Source of the DNA: Bacteroidia bacterium
Lineage (GTDB): Bacteria > Bacteroidota > Bacteroidia > NS11-12g > UBA9320
Direction: 5' to 3'
Assembly (NCBI GenBank): GCA_965216465.1
Contig: CBDCFW010000003.1
Span: forward strand, 64,001-128,000
Length of the DNA: 64,000 bases
Under the pieces are notes generated by a model that worked only from the letters and a program-made list of their open reading frames with translations, ran no database searches and was not told where the DNA came from. How positions within the stretch are numbered: position 1 is the first letter of the stretch; each line of letters starts with the position of its first letter. Position numbers and translations under genes: made by a program. Of this stretch, positions 28,356 through 37,855 are shown one piece after another.

Positions 28356-30936
28356 TTAACTTCATTAAGGCCTCAATAGGAGTGAGGCTATCGATGTTCA
28401 ATTTATCAATGGTCGTGATAATTTCAGCTGTTTTCGGGTCATTTATTTGAAATAAATTCATTTGATACATCTGATCTTGAGCTTTTTTAATGCTTTCTCG
28501 TGTGCTAATACTCGAACGGTCACTCTCCAATTGCTTTAGGATTACATCCGCTCTTTTGAGCACCTGCTTAGGAATGCCAGCCATACGAGCAACATGAATA
28601 CCAAAGCTATGTTCACTACCTCCTTTCTTCATTTTTCTCAAGAAGATTACCTTTTTACGTGATTCTTCTGTACTTACGTAGTAGTTCACGATACCTTCGT
28701 GCTTTGCTTCTAATTCATTAAGCTCATGGTAGTGAGTCGCAAACAACGTTTTAGGTTTAGTAGGGTGTTGGTGAAGGAATTCAGCAATTGACCACGCCAA
28801 ACTTACCCCATCGAAGGTGCTTGTACCTCTTCCAATTTCGTCGAGAATAACCAAGCTTCGTTCTGAAAGGTTATTAAGAATAGAGGCGGTTTCAACCATC
28901 TCTACCATAAAGGTAGATTCACCTTGAGAAATATTATCAGATGCTCCTACACGCGTGTAAATCTTGTCGACTATTCCAACCTGAGCATGACGAGCGGGTA
29001 CAAAACAACCCACTTGAGCGAGCAACGTGGTTAATGCGGTTTGTCTCAATATTGCCGATTTACCCGACATATTCGGTCCAGTTAAAATGATAATTTGCTG
29101 GTCTTCTTTGTTAAGGTAAATGTCGTTTGGAATATAAGCTTCGCCGATTGGAAGTTGTTTCTCTATTACAGGGTGTCGTCCATCTTTGATTGCCAGACTC
29201 ATTTCGTCGTTTACCTCAGGTTTTGAATATTCGTTTTCAACAGACACCGAGGCAAAAGACATGAGACAATCAAGCTTAGCAATTTGACGTGCATTTTGCT
29301 GGATTTGCGTAATATAAACGCTTAACTGATTTACGAGCTCAGCATAAAGACGTTGTTCTAATTCGCTAATCTTGTCTTCTGCGGCTAGAATTTTCTCTTC
29401 AAATTCTTTTAGTTCTGGTGTTATATAACGCTCTGCACTAACTAGAGTTTGTTTACGAATCCAGTCTTCTGGAACCTTATCTTTATGGGTATGAGTAACT
29501 TCTAAATAGTACCCAAAAACGTTATTGAAAGCCAGCTTCAAACTGCTAATGCCCGTTCGCTCTGCCTCTCTAATTTTGACGTTGAGCAGGTAGTCTTTGC
29601 TGTTTTTAGATAGAGAAATGTATTCATCCAATTCTGAATCAACTCCGGTTTTGAATACTCCACCTTTATTTACAAGAACAGGAGCATCGTCAGCGATATG
29701 TTCATCGATAATTTTTGCTAAGTCTTCACACAAATTCAGCTGATCAGCGAAGCGTTCAACTGGGCGGCATTCTACAGCGTCGCATTGCATTTTTATTTTT
29801 CCAACTGCTTTTACAGCTTTTGACAACTGCAACAACTCTTTAGGATTTATGCGCCGCAGAGCAACTTTAGATATTAATCGCTCTAAATCGCCAATTTCTT
29901 GGATGGATTCTGATAGGTTAGTAAATAAGTTGTTGTCTGTAATTAAATACTCAACAGTGTTTAAGCGGTCATTTATCTCACTAATGTCGAGCAGCGGAAG
30001 AATCAACCAATTGCGCATCAGTCTGCTACCCATAGGAGAGAGTGTTCGGTCGACAACATCGAGCAAAGAAATTCCGGTGTGGTGGTTGCTTTGAATGATT
30101 TCGAGATTTCTGATGGTGAAAGAATCTATCCAAACATGGTTTTGTTGATCGATTCGTTTAATTCCGTTAATATGCTCTAAATCAGTGTGGTGTGTTTGGT
30201 TGAGGTAGTGAATAATGGCTCCAGCTGCGATTGTTGCCGTAGTCATGTGGTCAATACCAAATCCTCGAAGCGTGTCGGTTTGAAATTGTCTTTCTAATTG
30301 TTCTTTGGCATAATCTGACTCAAAAAACCACTTATCTATAGCATAGCTATAAAACTCTTCACCATACAATCGATCGAACTTTTCGCGGTACGACTTCGAC
30401 AAAATAATTTCGGTAGGGTTGATGGTCTTAATCAAGCGTTCTACGTAGTCTACGTTTCCTTCGGCCACCATAAATTCACCCGTTGAAAGATCGGCAAATG
30501 CCACACCTACTTGTTGATTCTCTTCAAAAATCGCGGCCAAGTAATTGTTCGAACGACTATCAAAGGTTTTATCGTTTGCAGAAACACCAGGAGTAATCAA
30601 TTCGGTAACGCCACGCTTAACAATTTTTTTTGTTTTTTTTGGATCTTCAAGCTGCTCGCATACGGCTACGCGTTGACCTGCACGAACTAATTTAGGAAGA
30701 TAGGTATCTAAGCTGTGATGTGGAAAACCTGCTAACTCAACAGCCCCAGCAGCACCGTTCTTTCTTTTTGTAAGAACTATATCTAGAATTTTCGATGCTG
30801 CAATCGCGTCTTCACCAAATGTTTCGTAAAAATCACCCACTCTAAAAAGTAGCAGTGTACCGGGGTACTTGCCTTTAATTTCGGCGTACTGCTTCATTAG
30901 CGGAGTTTCTTTTTGCTTCTTTACCTTTGTGCTCAA
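28327..30936 (-). CDS. mutS: DNA mismatch repair protein MutS
   Basis: TPLMKQY, FRVGDFYETF, Walker A TGPNMSGKS, STFMVEM, DEIGRGTSTFDG, FATHYHEL, SFGIHVA. Confidence 0.99.
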   Translation of the reverse strand: MSTKVKKQKETPLMKQYAEIKGKYPGTLLLFRVGDFYETFGEDAIAASKILDIVLTKRKNGAAGAVELAGFPHHSLDTYLPKLVRAGQRVAVCEQLEDPKKTKKIVKRGVTELITPGVSANDKTFDSRSNNYLAAIFEENQQVGVAFADLSTGEFMVAEGNVDYVERLIKTINPTEIILSKSYREKFDRLYGEEFYSYAIDKWFFESDYAKEQLERQFQTDTLRGFGIDHMTTATIAAGAIIHYLNQTHHTDLEHINGIKRIDQQNHVWIDSFTIRNLEIIQSNHHTGISLLDVVDRTLSPMGSRLMRNWLILPLLDISEINDRLNTVEYLITDNNLFTNLSESIQEIGDLERLISKVALRRINPKELLQLSKAVKAVGKIKMQCDAVECRPVERFADQLNLCEDLAKIIDEHIADDAPVLVNKGGVFKTGVDSELDEYISLSKNSKDYLLNVKIREAERTGISSLKLAFNNVFGYYLEVTHTHKDKVPEDWIRKQTLVSAERYITPELKEFEEKILAAEDKISELEQRLYAELVNQLSVYITQIQQNARQIAKLDCLMSFASVSVENEYSKPEVNDEMSLAIKDGRHPVIEKQLPIGEAYIPNDIYLNKEDQQIIILTGPNMSGKSAILRQTALTTLLAQVGCFVPARHAQVGIVDKIYTRVGASDNISQGESTFMVEMVETASILNNLSERSLVILDEIGRGTSTFDGVSLAWSIAEFLHQHPTKPKTLFATHYHELNELEAKHEGIVNYYVSTEESRKKVIFLRKMKKGGSEHSFGIHVARMAGIPKQVLKRADVILKQLESDRSSISTRESIKKAQDQMYQMNLFQINDPKTAEIITTIDKLNIDSLTPIEALMKLNELKQALED
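30922..30929 (+). promoter_or_regulatory. -7 element TACCTTTG, lying antisense inside the first codons of mutS
   Basis: Exact consensus, 19 nt before TTG 30949. Confidence 0.5.
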
Positions 30937-30948
30937 TTTAGAAAAATT

Positions 30949-31476
30949 TTGACACGCAAGTTAAAAAACCAAGACCTCAATAGGCTCACTGTTGAAAAGT
31001 TTAAGAAAGTTTCTAAAACGCCCCTCATTTTGGTGTTAGACAACATAAGAAGCATGCACAATGTCGGTGCAATGTTTCGAACTGCAGATGCCTTCAGAAT
31101 AGAAAAGATTTACTTGTGCGGTATTACTGCTCAACCACCGCATCGAGATATTCGAAAAACAGCTTTAGGAGCCGAAGAAAGTGTAGAATGGGAGTATGTA
31201 GAATCAACCGCTGATGCGATCAAAAACATTGATGATTCTTATATCTGTGCACTAGAGCAAGCAATTAATAGCACTGAATTGCGTGAAGTAAAGTTGCCAC
31301 AAGACAAGAAAGTTGTGTTAATTGTGGGAAATGAGGTTGATGGAGTAGACGAAAATTTGCTTGATTTTTGCGATGAAATAATTGAAATCCCGCAATTCGG
31401 AACAAAGCACTCGTTTAATGTGTCAGTTTCTGCAGGTATTACCATGTGGGAATTATTTAATAAAATCAATGAATAA
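30949..31476 (+). CDS. TrmH/SpoU-family RNA 2'-O-methyltransferase
   Basis: LVLDNIRSMHNVGAMFRTADAF, KTALGAE, VGNEVDGV, IEIPQFGTKHSFNVSV. Start placed at TTG 30949. Confidence 0.92.
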   Translation: MTRKLKNQDLNRLTVEKFKKVSKTPLILVLDNIRSMHNVGAMFRTADAFRIEKIYLCGITAQPPHRDIRKTALGAEESVEWEYVESTADAIKNIDDSYICALEQAINSTELREVKLPQDKKVVLIVGNEVDGVDENLLDFCDEIIEIPQFGTKHSFNVSVSAGITMWELFNKINE

Positions 31477-33547
31477 ACGCATTGCCACTACTGCCGCTTG
31501 GTTTGTTGCGATAGGTCTAAGTCAAGTTCTATACGCCAACGATATTGTCGATCAATTTGTAGAAAAAATAACAAATGAGCAATCTCGTATTGACCAAATT
31601 GATGGAATACAAGACCATAAAATAAGACTAAAGAGTACATTACAAACTGACCAAGCCACTGAGACCTATATTCTATCTCCATCACGCATTGTTGGAAAGA
31701 TTGTTGGAGATCACTTACTGCCCGACGTTCAGAAGATTGACCAATTAAGAAGGGTATATGCACTGCTTGAAGATGTAGATGAACGAAATGTTCATTTCTA
31801 CACGAAGTACAGTAATGTATTTAGTTTAATTGAAAAGGTTCAGAATGTGGAAGATGTAGAGCGGTTAGAATCCATTTTAAAGAGCAATGTCTACACGTCA
31901 CTAAACCTGATAGCCTTTTATATTGAGAAACCAGTAGCTGAGCAGTTCTTTATGGCAGCAGCACGCATTGAGCCAACCGAATTATTAAAGCACTACAAGG
32001 AAATTGATTACAAATCGTATAGCATTAAAATCATAGATGAAGTTGCTCGGGTTGCTCCGATGAAGATTAAAACATATTTGCACAGTTGGACTGCTGTGCA
32101 TCAGCGTGTTAAGGGGAGTGAGAATAGACTTACTCAGGAGGTTTATCGCATTTTTAAGGAAAAGGGAACTGCCACAAAGGCCTACGTGCTCATAAACGAC
32201 ATCTATAACGGAAAGTTAACCGTTGATGAGGCACACGAAATTGCAAGATTAGACAATTCTTTATTTGACCACCTCATAGCTATGAGGGCAGGCGATGACG
32301 ATATTAATGGAGAGCATTCTGTTAATGCAGAGTTAACCTATCAGTGTCTTAAACAAGTGCGAATAATAAATGATTTACATGAAGAGTCTGATGCAGTTCG
32401 CTTTCAATCGTTAAATAGATTTAATGCCCATGAAATTTATACACTAATCGTTTATAGCGAACACGAAATTTATACCTCAACATTTTTAGGGATGTATAAG
32501 CGTATGATGAACAAGATGGATGAGTCGAGTACCTATGAATTTCTTCATCATGCGAACTTTAATAAATTTCGAACCTTCATTAAGATGTGTGCGGGATACA
32601 ACACCATGTCAGGATTTTTATCGAAGATGAGCGATTTTGAGGAGAAGCAATTATTCAAAAGACTGGTAGAAGGGATAGAACATGCAAACGACAACCTTGA
32701 AAGCGCAGTTGCCATTGCAGATACCTATGGTAGTATTAAATCTGCTTCGTCGAAAAAGATGTTTGAGGAAGCTATATTAGCTTATTATCAGGAGATTAAG
32801 TATACGGATCAGGAAGCGGAAAAGCTGTATAGCCTAATTTTGAGTGTTTTCGAAATTGGTGGAGAAACGGCTTCAAATCAAGCCATTAGAAACCAAACTG
32901 GAAATCTAAAAGTGCTTCCGCTCAACCGGGTGTATAAGGATGGAAAAAATGTTCAGCAACATTTCTTCTTCGATGATCCTGATGGTCGAGCTTCATACAA
33001 TCATTTTATTGGAACATTCAGGAACGGTAACTGGCAAATTGTAGACAAAGGAACGTATATCTTGGTGAAATCAAGAAGTGGCAAAGCGGTTGAAATTTAC
33101 GCCAATAAGCCAGCTACAGAGTATGCCGGACAGGATGCAATAAAGGCTCATTTTCAAACGACCAAACGCTGGCCGGATGTTGTGGTTCATAGAGGACATT
33201 CTTACTTTGCAGATGCTGCTATTGAGTCATTAACACCCAATGCCGAAATCGTGTTTTTAGGCTCTTGTGGAGGATACAACAACATATCGCAAGTGTTGAA
33301 ATATTCACCTGAAGCACAGATCATCTCTTCTAAACAAATTGGAACCATGATGGTTAATGACCGTTTATGTCTTGAGTTAAACGAGGTTATTCGCAAAGGC
33401 CAAGATATAGTTTGGGATAATCTGTGGGTGCAATTGGATAGAAAATTCGCCTCTGGTTCAACCGCGAAGAGTCGATTTAAAGACTATATCCCTCCTCATA
33501 AAAACTTGGGAGCGGTTCTAATCAAAACTTACCGCAGCTTGTTATAA
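31469..33547 (+). CDS. Secreted conserved hypothetical protein with a helical N-terminus and a C-terminal His-Cys alpha/beta domain
   Basis: Signal peptide from ATG 31469 (MNKRIATTAAWFVAIGLSQVLYA). C-terminal VVVHRGHSY...IVFLGSCGGY. Confidence 0.7.
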   Translation: MNKRIATTAAWFVAIGLSQVLYANDIVDQFVEKITNEQSRIDQIDGIQDHKIRLKSTLQTDQATETYILSPSRIVGKIVGDHLLPDVQKIDQLRRVYALLEDVDERNVHFYTKYSNVFSLIEKVQNVEDVERLESILKSNVYTSLNLIAFYIEKPVAEQFFMAAARIEPTELLKHYKEIDYKSYSIKIIDEVARVAPMKIKTYLHSWTAVHQRVKGSENRLTQEVYRIFKEKGTATKAYVLINDIYNGKLTVDEAHEIARLDNSLFDHLIAMRAGDDDINGEHSVNAELTYQCLKQVRIINDLHEESDAVRFQSLNRFNAHEIYTLIVYSEHEIYTSTFLGMYKRMMNKMDESSTYEFLHHANFNKFRTFIKMCAGYNTMSGFLSKMSDFEEKQLFKRLVEGIEHANDNLESAVAIADTYGSIKSASSKKMFEEAILAYYQEIKYTDQEAEKLYSLILSVFEIGGETASNQAIRNQTGNLKVLPLNRVYKDGKNVQQHFFFDDPDGRASYNHFIGTFRNGNWQIVDKGTYILVKSRSGKAVEIYANKPATEYAGQDAIKAHFQTTKRWPDVVVHRGHSYFADAAIESLTPNAEIVFLGSCGGYNNISQVLKYSPEAQIISSKQIGTMMVNDRLCLELNEVIRKGQDIVWDNLWVQLDRKFASGSTAKSRFKDYIPPHKNLGAVLIKTYRSLL

Positions 33548-33648
33548 TTAGCATGTATTGTCTTAATTCCTTGCTTTTTTAGGTGGATTGAGCCAAGTTA
33601 TCCTCAAATTTTTTTAGCTAAATACTCTGGCTTAAATTCGTTGTAGTA

Positions 33649-35538
33649 ATGCTCGAAAGCCTGTTAAAAAAGCATTGGGGGTTTGATCAGTTTCGCAGTC
33701 AACAACGCGAGATAATACTCTCCGTAATGCAGGGTAAAGACACTATTGCTCTTCTTCCAACAGGAGGAGGGAAGTCAATATGCTATCAACTTCCAGCGTT
33801 AACCAAAGAAGGGGTGTGCTTCGTATTTTCACCTTTAATCGCCTTGATGAAAGATCAGGTAGACGGGCTACGTAAAAGAGGAATTCCTGCTGTAGCCCTT
33901 CATTCGGGTCTGTCGAGCAGTGAAATTGATACCGAGTTACAAAACACACTTAACGGTAAGTACAAGCTAGTTTATCTTAGTCCAGAACGAGCATCAACAC
34001 AGCAGTTTAGAGCCTATTTGCCAAATCTCGACATTAGCTACTTTGTGGTAGATGAAGCCCATTGTGTTTCACAGTGGGGCCATCAGTTTCGTCCTGAATT
34101 TTTAAAACTCGGCGAGTTACGTGAGCTGGTACCACATGCTAATTTTATTGCCGTAACGGCAACTGCAACTTCTCATGTGGTAAAAGACATGGTTAAGTAC
34201 TTAAAGTTAAAGCCAGACCATGATTTGTTCAGATCATCATTTGCTCGATCAAATCTCAGTTATATTGTGTTTCGAGAAACCAATAAGCTAACCAAGATTA
34301 AACGCATTTTAAGCAAAACGCAAGGCAGCGGATTGATCTATGCCAACACGCGAAGGAAGTGTGAAGAATTGGCTAATTATCTTGCTGCAGATGGAGTTTC
34401 TGTTTCCTTTTACCATGGAGGTTTGAACCCTGTATCTCGAGCAGAACGTCAGCAAGCTTGGCTCGAAAATAAAACCAGAATAATGGTTTGCACCAACGCC
34501 TTCGGAATGGGAATAGATAAACCGGATGTTCGGGTTGTAATACATTTCGAAAAGCCTGAAAGTCCTGAAGCATATTACCAAGAGGCAGGTAGAGCCGGGA
34601 GAGATGGGTTAGAGTCTTTTTGTATGTTGTTCTCAAGTCCTGAGCAAGAAAAAAATCTATGGTCAAACTATCCTACAATCCAGCAATTAGAGCACGTGCT
34701 AAATTGCTTGTATAACCATCACCAAGTTGCATTTACGGCAGGAAAGAATGTTACCTATGACTTTAATCTGCTACCTTTTACGGAGAACTTTAATATACCG
34801 GTAAAATTAGCCATGAATGCCCTAAATGTGTTGCATACGATGGGCTTTGTGAAGCTTAATGATCATCTATTTCAGCTTCCTAAGATTAAATTTTTATTGA
34901 ATCAAGAATCACTATACAAGTACCAAGTTGAGCATGCTGAGCAAGACGTCTTCATTAAGTTACTTTTAAGGTCTTATGGTGGTATGTTTGATCATTACCG
35001 AAGCATTAGCTATGCAGACCTGGCGAGCAGACAACGATGCACTATTGAAGATATAAAAAAGCAATTACGCATCTTGCATAAAGATGGGGTGATTGACTTT
35101 GTTGCGGGGCATGATGGCAATTCGATAACTTATCTGCGTGGAAGACCGACCAAAATTACTTTCGATAAAAACAATTACCTCGAACTGAGAGAGCGAGAAG
35201 AAATAAGAAGAAAGTATATCCGAAGATATGAAGAGAACATGGAAAATTGCAGAGAAAACTTCATTCTTAAATATTTTGGAGAAGATAAAGGTGAAGATTG
35301 TGGGAAATGTGATATTTGCCGTCTTCGAAAGAAAGCCAAACTCAAGAATAATGAGTTAAACGAGATAACTGCAAAGATCCAAGAGCTAACCGTAAATGGA
35401 CTTTCTGTTGAAGAAATTATTGGCAGTTTTAGCTCATTGGATGAGAAAAGAGTGGTAGCCGTATTGAAATGGCTCATAGATAACGAATACCTAACCAAAA
35501 CAAATCAAAACTATACTTGGAGTCTAAACCAAGCATAA
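33649..35538 (+). CDS. recQ: RecQ-family ATP-dependent DNA helicase
   Basis: LPTGGGKSICYQLP, VDEAHCVSQWGHQFRP, TATAT, TNAFGMGIDKPDVR, YYQEAGRAGRDG, Zn site CR..ILKYFGE...CGKCDIC. No HRDC domain seen, so this is probably the secondary RecQ paralogue. Confidence 0.9.
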   Translation: MLESLLKKHWGFDQFRSQQREIILSVMQGKDTIALLPTGGGKSICYQLPALTKEGVCFVFSPLIALMKDQVDGLRKRGIPAVALHSGLSSSEIDTELQNTLNGKYKLVYLSPERASTQQFRAYLPNLDISYFVVDEAHCVSQWGHQFRPEFLKLGELRELVPHANFIAVTATATSHVVKDMVKYLKLKPDHDLFRSSFARSNLSYIVFRETNKLTKIKRILSKTQGSGLIYANTRRKCEELANYLAADGVSVSFYHGGLNPVSRAERQQAWLENKTRIMVCTNAFGMGIDKPDVRVVIHFEKPESPEAYYQEAGRAGRDGLESFCMLFSSPEQEKNLWSNYPTIQQLEHVLNCLYNHHQVAFTAGKNVTYDFNLLPFTENFNIPVKLAMNALNVLHTMGFVKLNDHLFQLPKIKFLLNQESLYKYQVEHAEQDVFIKLLLRSYGGMFDHYRSISYADLASRQRCTIEDIKKQLRILHKDGVIDFVAGHDGNSITYLRGRPTKITFDKNNYLELREREEIRRKYIRRYEENMENCRENFILKYFGEDKGEDCGKCDICRLRKKAKLKNNELNEITAKIQELTVNGLSVEEIIGSFSSLDEKRVVAVLKWLIDNEYLTKTNQNYTWSLNQA

Positions 35539-36602
35539 TAGCAACAGTAATAAACGATGTAGTGTACGATCAGCGAATGATTCGTATTTGTACCTCGTTG
35601 TCTAAAAAGTATAATGTATCGCTGTGGGGAAGAAGGAAGTCTAGCGTAAGTACAAGTGACCGACCCTATAAACAAAAGCGAACAAAATTTTTGTTTAACA
35701 AAGGCCCAGTTTTTTATCTGGAGTTTAACTTACGACTGTTTTTAAGGCTGCTGTTTACCTCATTTGATATAGTACATGCAGTTGATTTAGATACTTTACC
35801 AGCATGCTATCTGGCTAGCAAAATCAAAAGAAAACAATTGGTGTACGACGCCCACGAGTACTTTACAGAAGTTCCTGAATTAATTAATCGGCCTAAAGTT
35901 CAGAATATCTGGCTGAGAATCGAACAATGGATTCTTCCGAACGTAAAGAACGCAATTACCGTAGGAGAGATGATCGCGAAAGAGTATGAAGCTAAGTATG
36001 GCGTTCCTTTTACTGTAATTCGAAATTGCCCGAACCTCAAGGATCAAGCCCTTGAAGAGGGAATAGGAGAGTACTTGCTATATCAAGGAGCGTTGAACAT
36101 GGGTCGAGGTCTTGATGAAGCAATTCTGGCCATGCATCAGATTGATATGGAATTGCACATTGCCGGCAGTGGAGATTTGGATGGGACTTTGAGAGAATTT
36201 GTTATGATTGAAGGACTTGATGATAAAGTCAAGTTTTTAGGGCTTGTAGCTCCAGACGATCTACCTCAGATTACGCAAAAGGCATTTGCAGGCATAAATG
36301 TTTCAGAAAATTTAGGCTTAAGTTATTACTACTCGTTGAACAACAAGTACTTTGACTACATTCATGCAGGCATTCCTGCAGTCACGAATGACTTCCCAGA
36401 GTATCAAAATTTGAATTCAAAATACAAATGCAGTGTACTGTGTGAGGCAACTCCTGACAGTATTGCTCAGGCAGTTAAATTACTTATAGATGATAAAGAG
36501 CTTTATCAAGAATTGAAAAAAAACAGCTTAATTGCACGGCAAGAATTGAATTGGCAAAACGAAGAAACGGTACTATTAAGATTTTATGGCTCCCTTACCT
36601 AA
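35517..36602 (+). CDS. Glycosyltransferase family 4
   Basis: D.RM.RI, VYDAHEYF.E, YQGAL..GRGL, NK.FDYIHAGIP. TTG start overlaps the recQ stop. Confidence 0.88.
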   Translation: MESKPSIIATVINDVVYDQRMIRICTSLSKKYNVSLWGRRKSSVSTSDRPYKQKRTKFLFNKGPVFYLEFNLRLFLRLLFTSFDIVHAVDLDTLPACYLASKIKRKQLVYDAHEYFTEVPELINRPKVQNIWLRIEQWILPNVKNAITVGEMIAKEYEAKYGVPFTVIRNCPNLKDQALEEGIGEYLLYQGALNMGRGLDEAILAMHQIDMELHIAGSGDLDGTLREFVMIEGLDDKVKFLGLVAPDDLPQITQKAFAGINVSENLGLSYYYSLNNKYFDYIHAGIPAVTNDFPEYQNLNSKYKCSVLCEATPDSIAQAVKLLIDDKELYQELKKNSLIARQELNWQNEETVLLRFYGSLT

Positions 36603-37806
36603 ACGTTTACACATTGTAGCATTTGACGTCCCATATCCAGCTGATTATGGAGGAGTCATTGATATATTTTATAAGGTGAAAGCCCTCCATCAGCAAGGAG
36701 TAGAGGTTGTGCTTCACATGTATCAATACGGGCGAAAGCAAAACAAGTCGAAATTAAAAAAGTACTGTCACAAACTGTACTATTATCAGCGAAGAACTTT
36801 TAGGAATCCATTTATAGGGAATAGGCCTTACATAGTGCGTACAAGAAATGGAGAAGCCTTACTCAACAATCTACTAAAGGATACCTTTCCCATACTTTTT
36901 GAAGGACTGCATTGTACTTTTCACTTAGATAATCCACTTTTAAAGGATAGGTTCAAAGTAGTCAGAACTCACAATATTGAACACCATTACTATAAGCAAC
37001 TCGAGAAATCAGAGTTAAGATATTTTAAGAAGTATTTCTTCAGAATAGAAGCTGAAAAACTGAGAAAGTACGAATCAATTCTAAAACATGCAGACCTCAT
37101 TGCGGCCATATCACCTAATGACGAGCAACATTTCAAGAAGAAGTACGACAAAGTGATGTATTTGCCAGCCTTTCACAGCAATGAGGAAGCCCAAAACCCA
37201 GGGTCTAATGGCAAGTATTTATTGTATCACGGAAACTTGGCCGTACCAGAAAATTATATCGCCGCAATGGAATTGGTAACAGAAGTGTTCGCGAAGTTGG
37301 ATTATCCGTGTGTAATTGCTGGAAATAATCCACCCAAGGAACTAGTAAATATTTGTGGTTCAGTAGTTAATGTAGAGCTTCGAGATCATGTGTCAACTGA
37401 ACAAATTCATGACTTAATTAAAAATGCTCACATCAATGTATTGTACACCAATCAAAATACAGGTATTAAACTAAAATTGCTGAACGCACTGTATCAAGGA
37501 AAGTTCGCAATTGTGAACCCATTGATGGTTGAAGGTACAGGGCTAGAAAAACTGTGTGTAATCGGTAAGAAGTTCAATGAAATTCAAGCTAAAATAGAAG
37601 AATACATGTTGCTCGATTACACAGAACAATACTTTGAAAATCGATCTGCCGTTTTAAGTTCAAAGTTTAGCAATACTGCAAGTGCTGAGGCTATTGTTGA
37701 CCAAATTCAATTCACTGGAGAAGAAAGACCTAAACGAAAGAGTGACAAGCAAGTCGTAAAAAGTTTGTCTCAAATTTCAGTATTTATGTCTTACTTATCG
37801 CTTTAG
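36586..37806 (+). CDS. Glycosyltransferase (GT-B, family 4-like)
   Basis: PYPADYGGVIDIFYK, HNIEHHYY, YHGNL, TGIKLKLLNALY.G. Confidence 0.82.
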   Translation: MAPLPKRLHIVAFDVPYPADYGGVIDIFYKVKALHQQGVEVVLHMYQYGRKQNKSKLKKYCHKLYYYQRRTFRNPFIGNRPYIVRTRNGEALLNNLLKDTFPILFEGLHCTFHLDNPLLKDRFKVVRTHNIEHHYYKQLEKSELRYFKKYFFRIEAEKLRKYESILKHADLIAAISPNDEQHFKKKYDKVMYLPAFHSNEEAQNPGSNGKYLLYHGNLAVPENYIAAMELVTEVFAKLDYPCVIAGNNPPKELVNICGSVVNVELRDHVSTEQIHDLIKNAHINVLYTNQNTGIKLKLLNALYQGKFAIVNPLMVEGTGLEKLCVIGKKFNEIQAKIEEYMLLDYTEQYFENRSAVLSSKFSNTASAEAIVDQIQFTGEERPKRKSDKQVVKSLSQISVFMSYLSL

Positions 37807-37831
37807 GCTTTCGGTATTTAGTTAATCCTTC

Positions 37832-37839
37832 TACATTTG
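37832..37839 (+). promoter_or_regulatory. -7 element TACATTTG of yidC
   Basis: Exact consensus followed by CA, 16 nt before ATG 37856. Confidence 0.65.
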
Positions 37840-37855
37840 CACCCATTTTAATTTT

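Noticed and set aside
31382-31468. N-terminal extension of the 721-aa ORF; similar extensions at 30913, 39783, 47391, 50743 and 58757
   Set aside because: Downstream starts give proper signal peptides or family N-termini, and several extensions run through predicted promoter elements.
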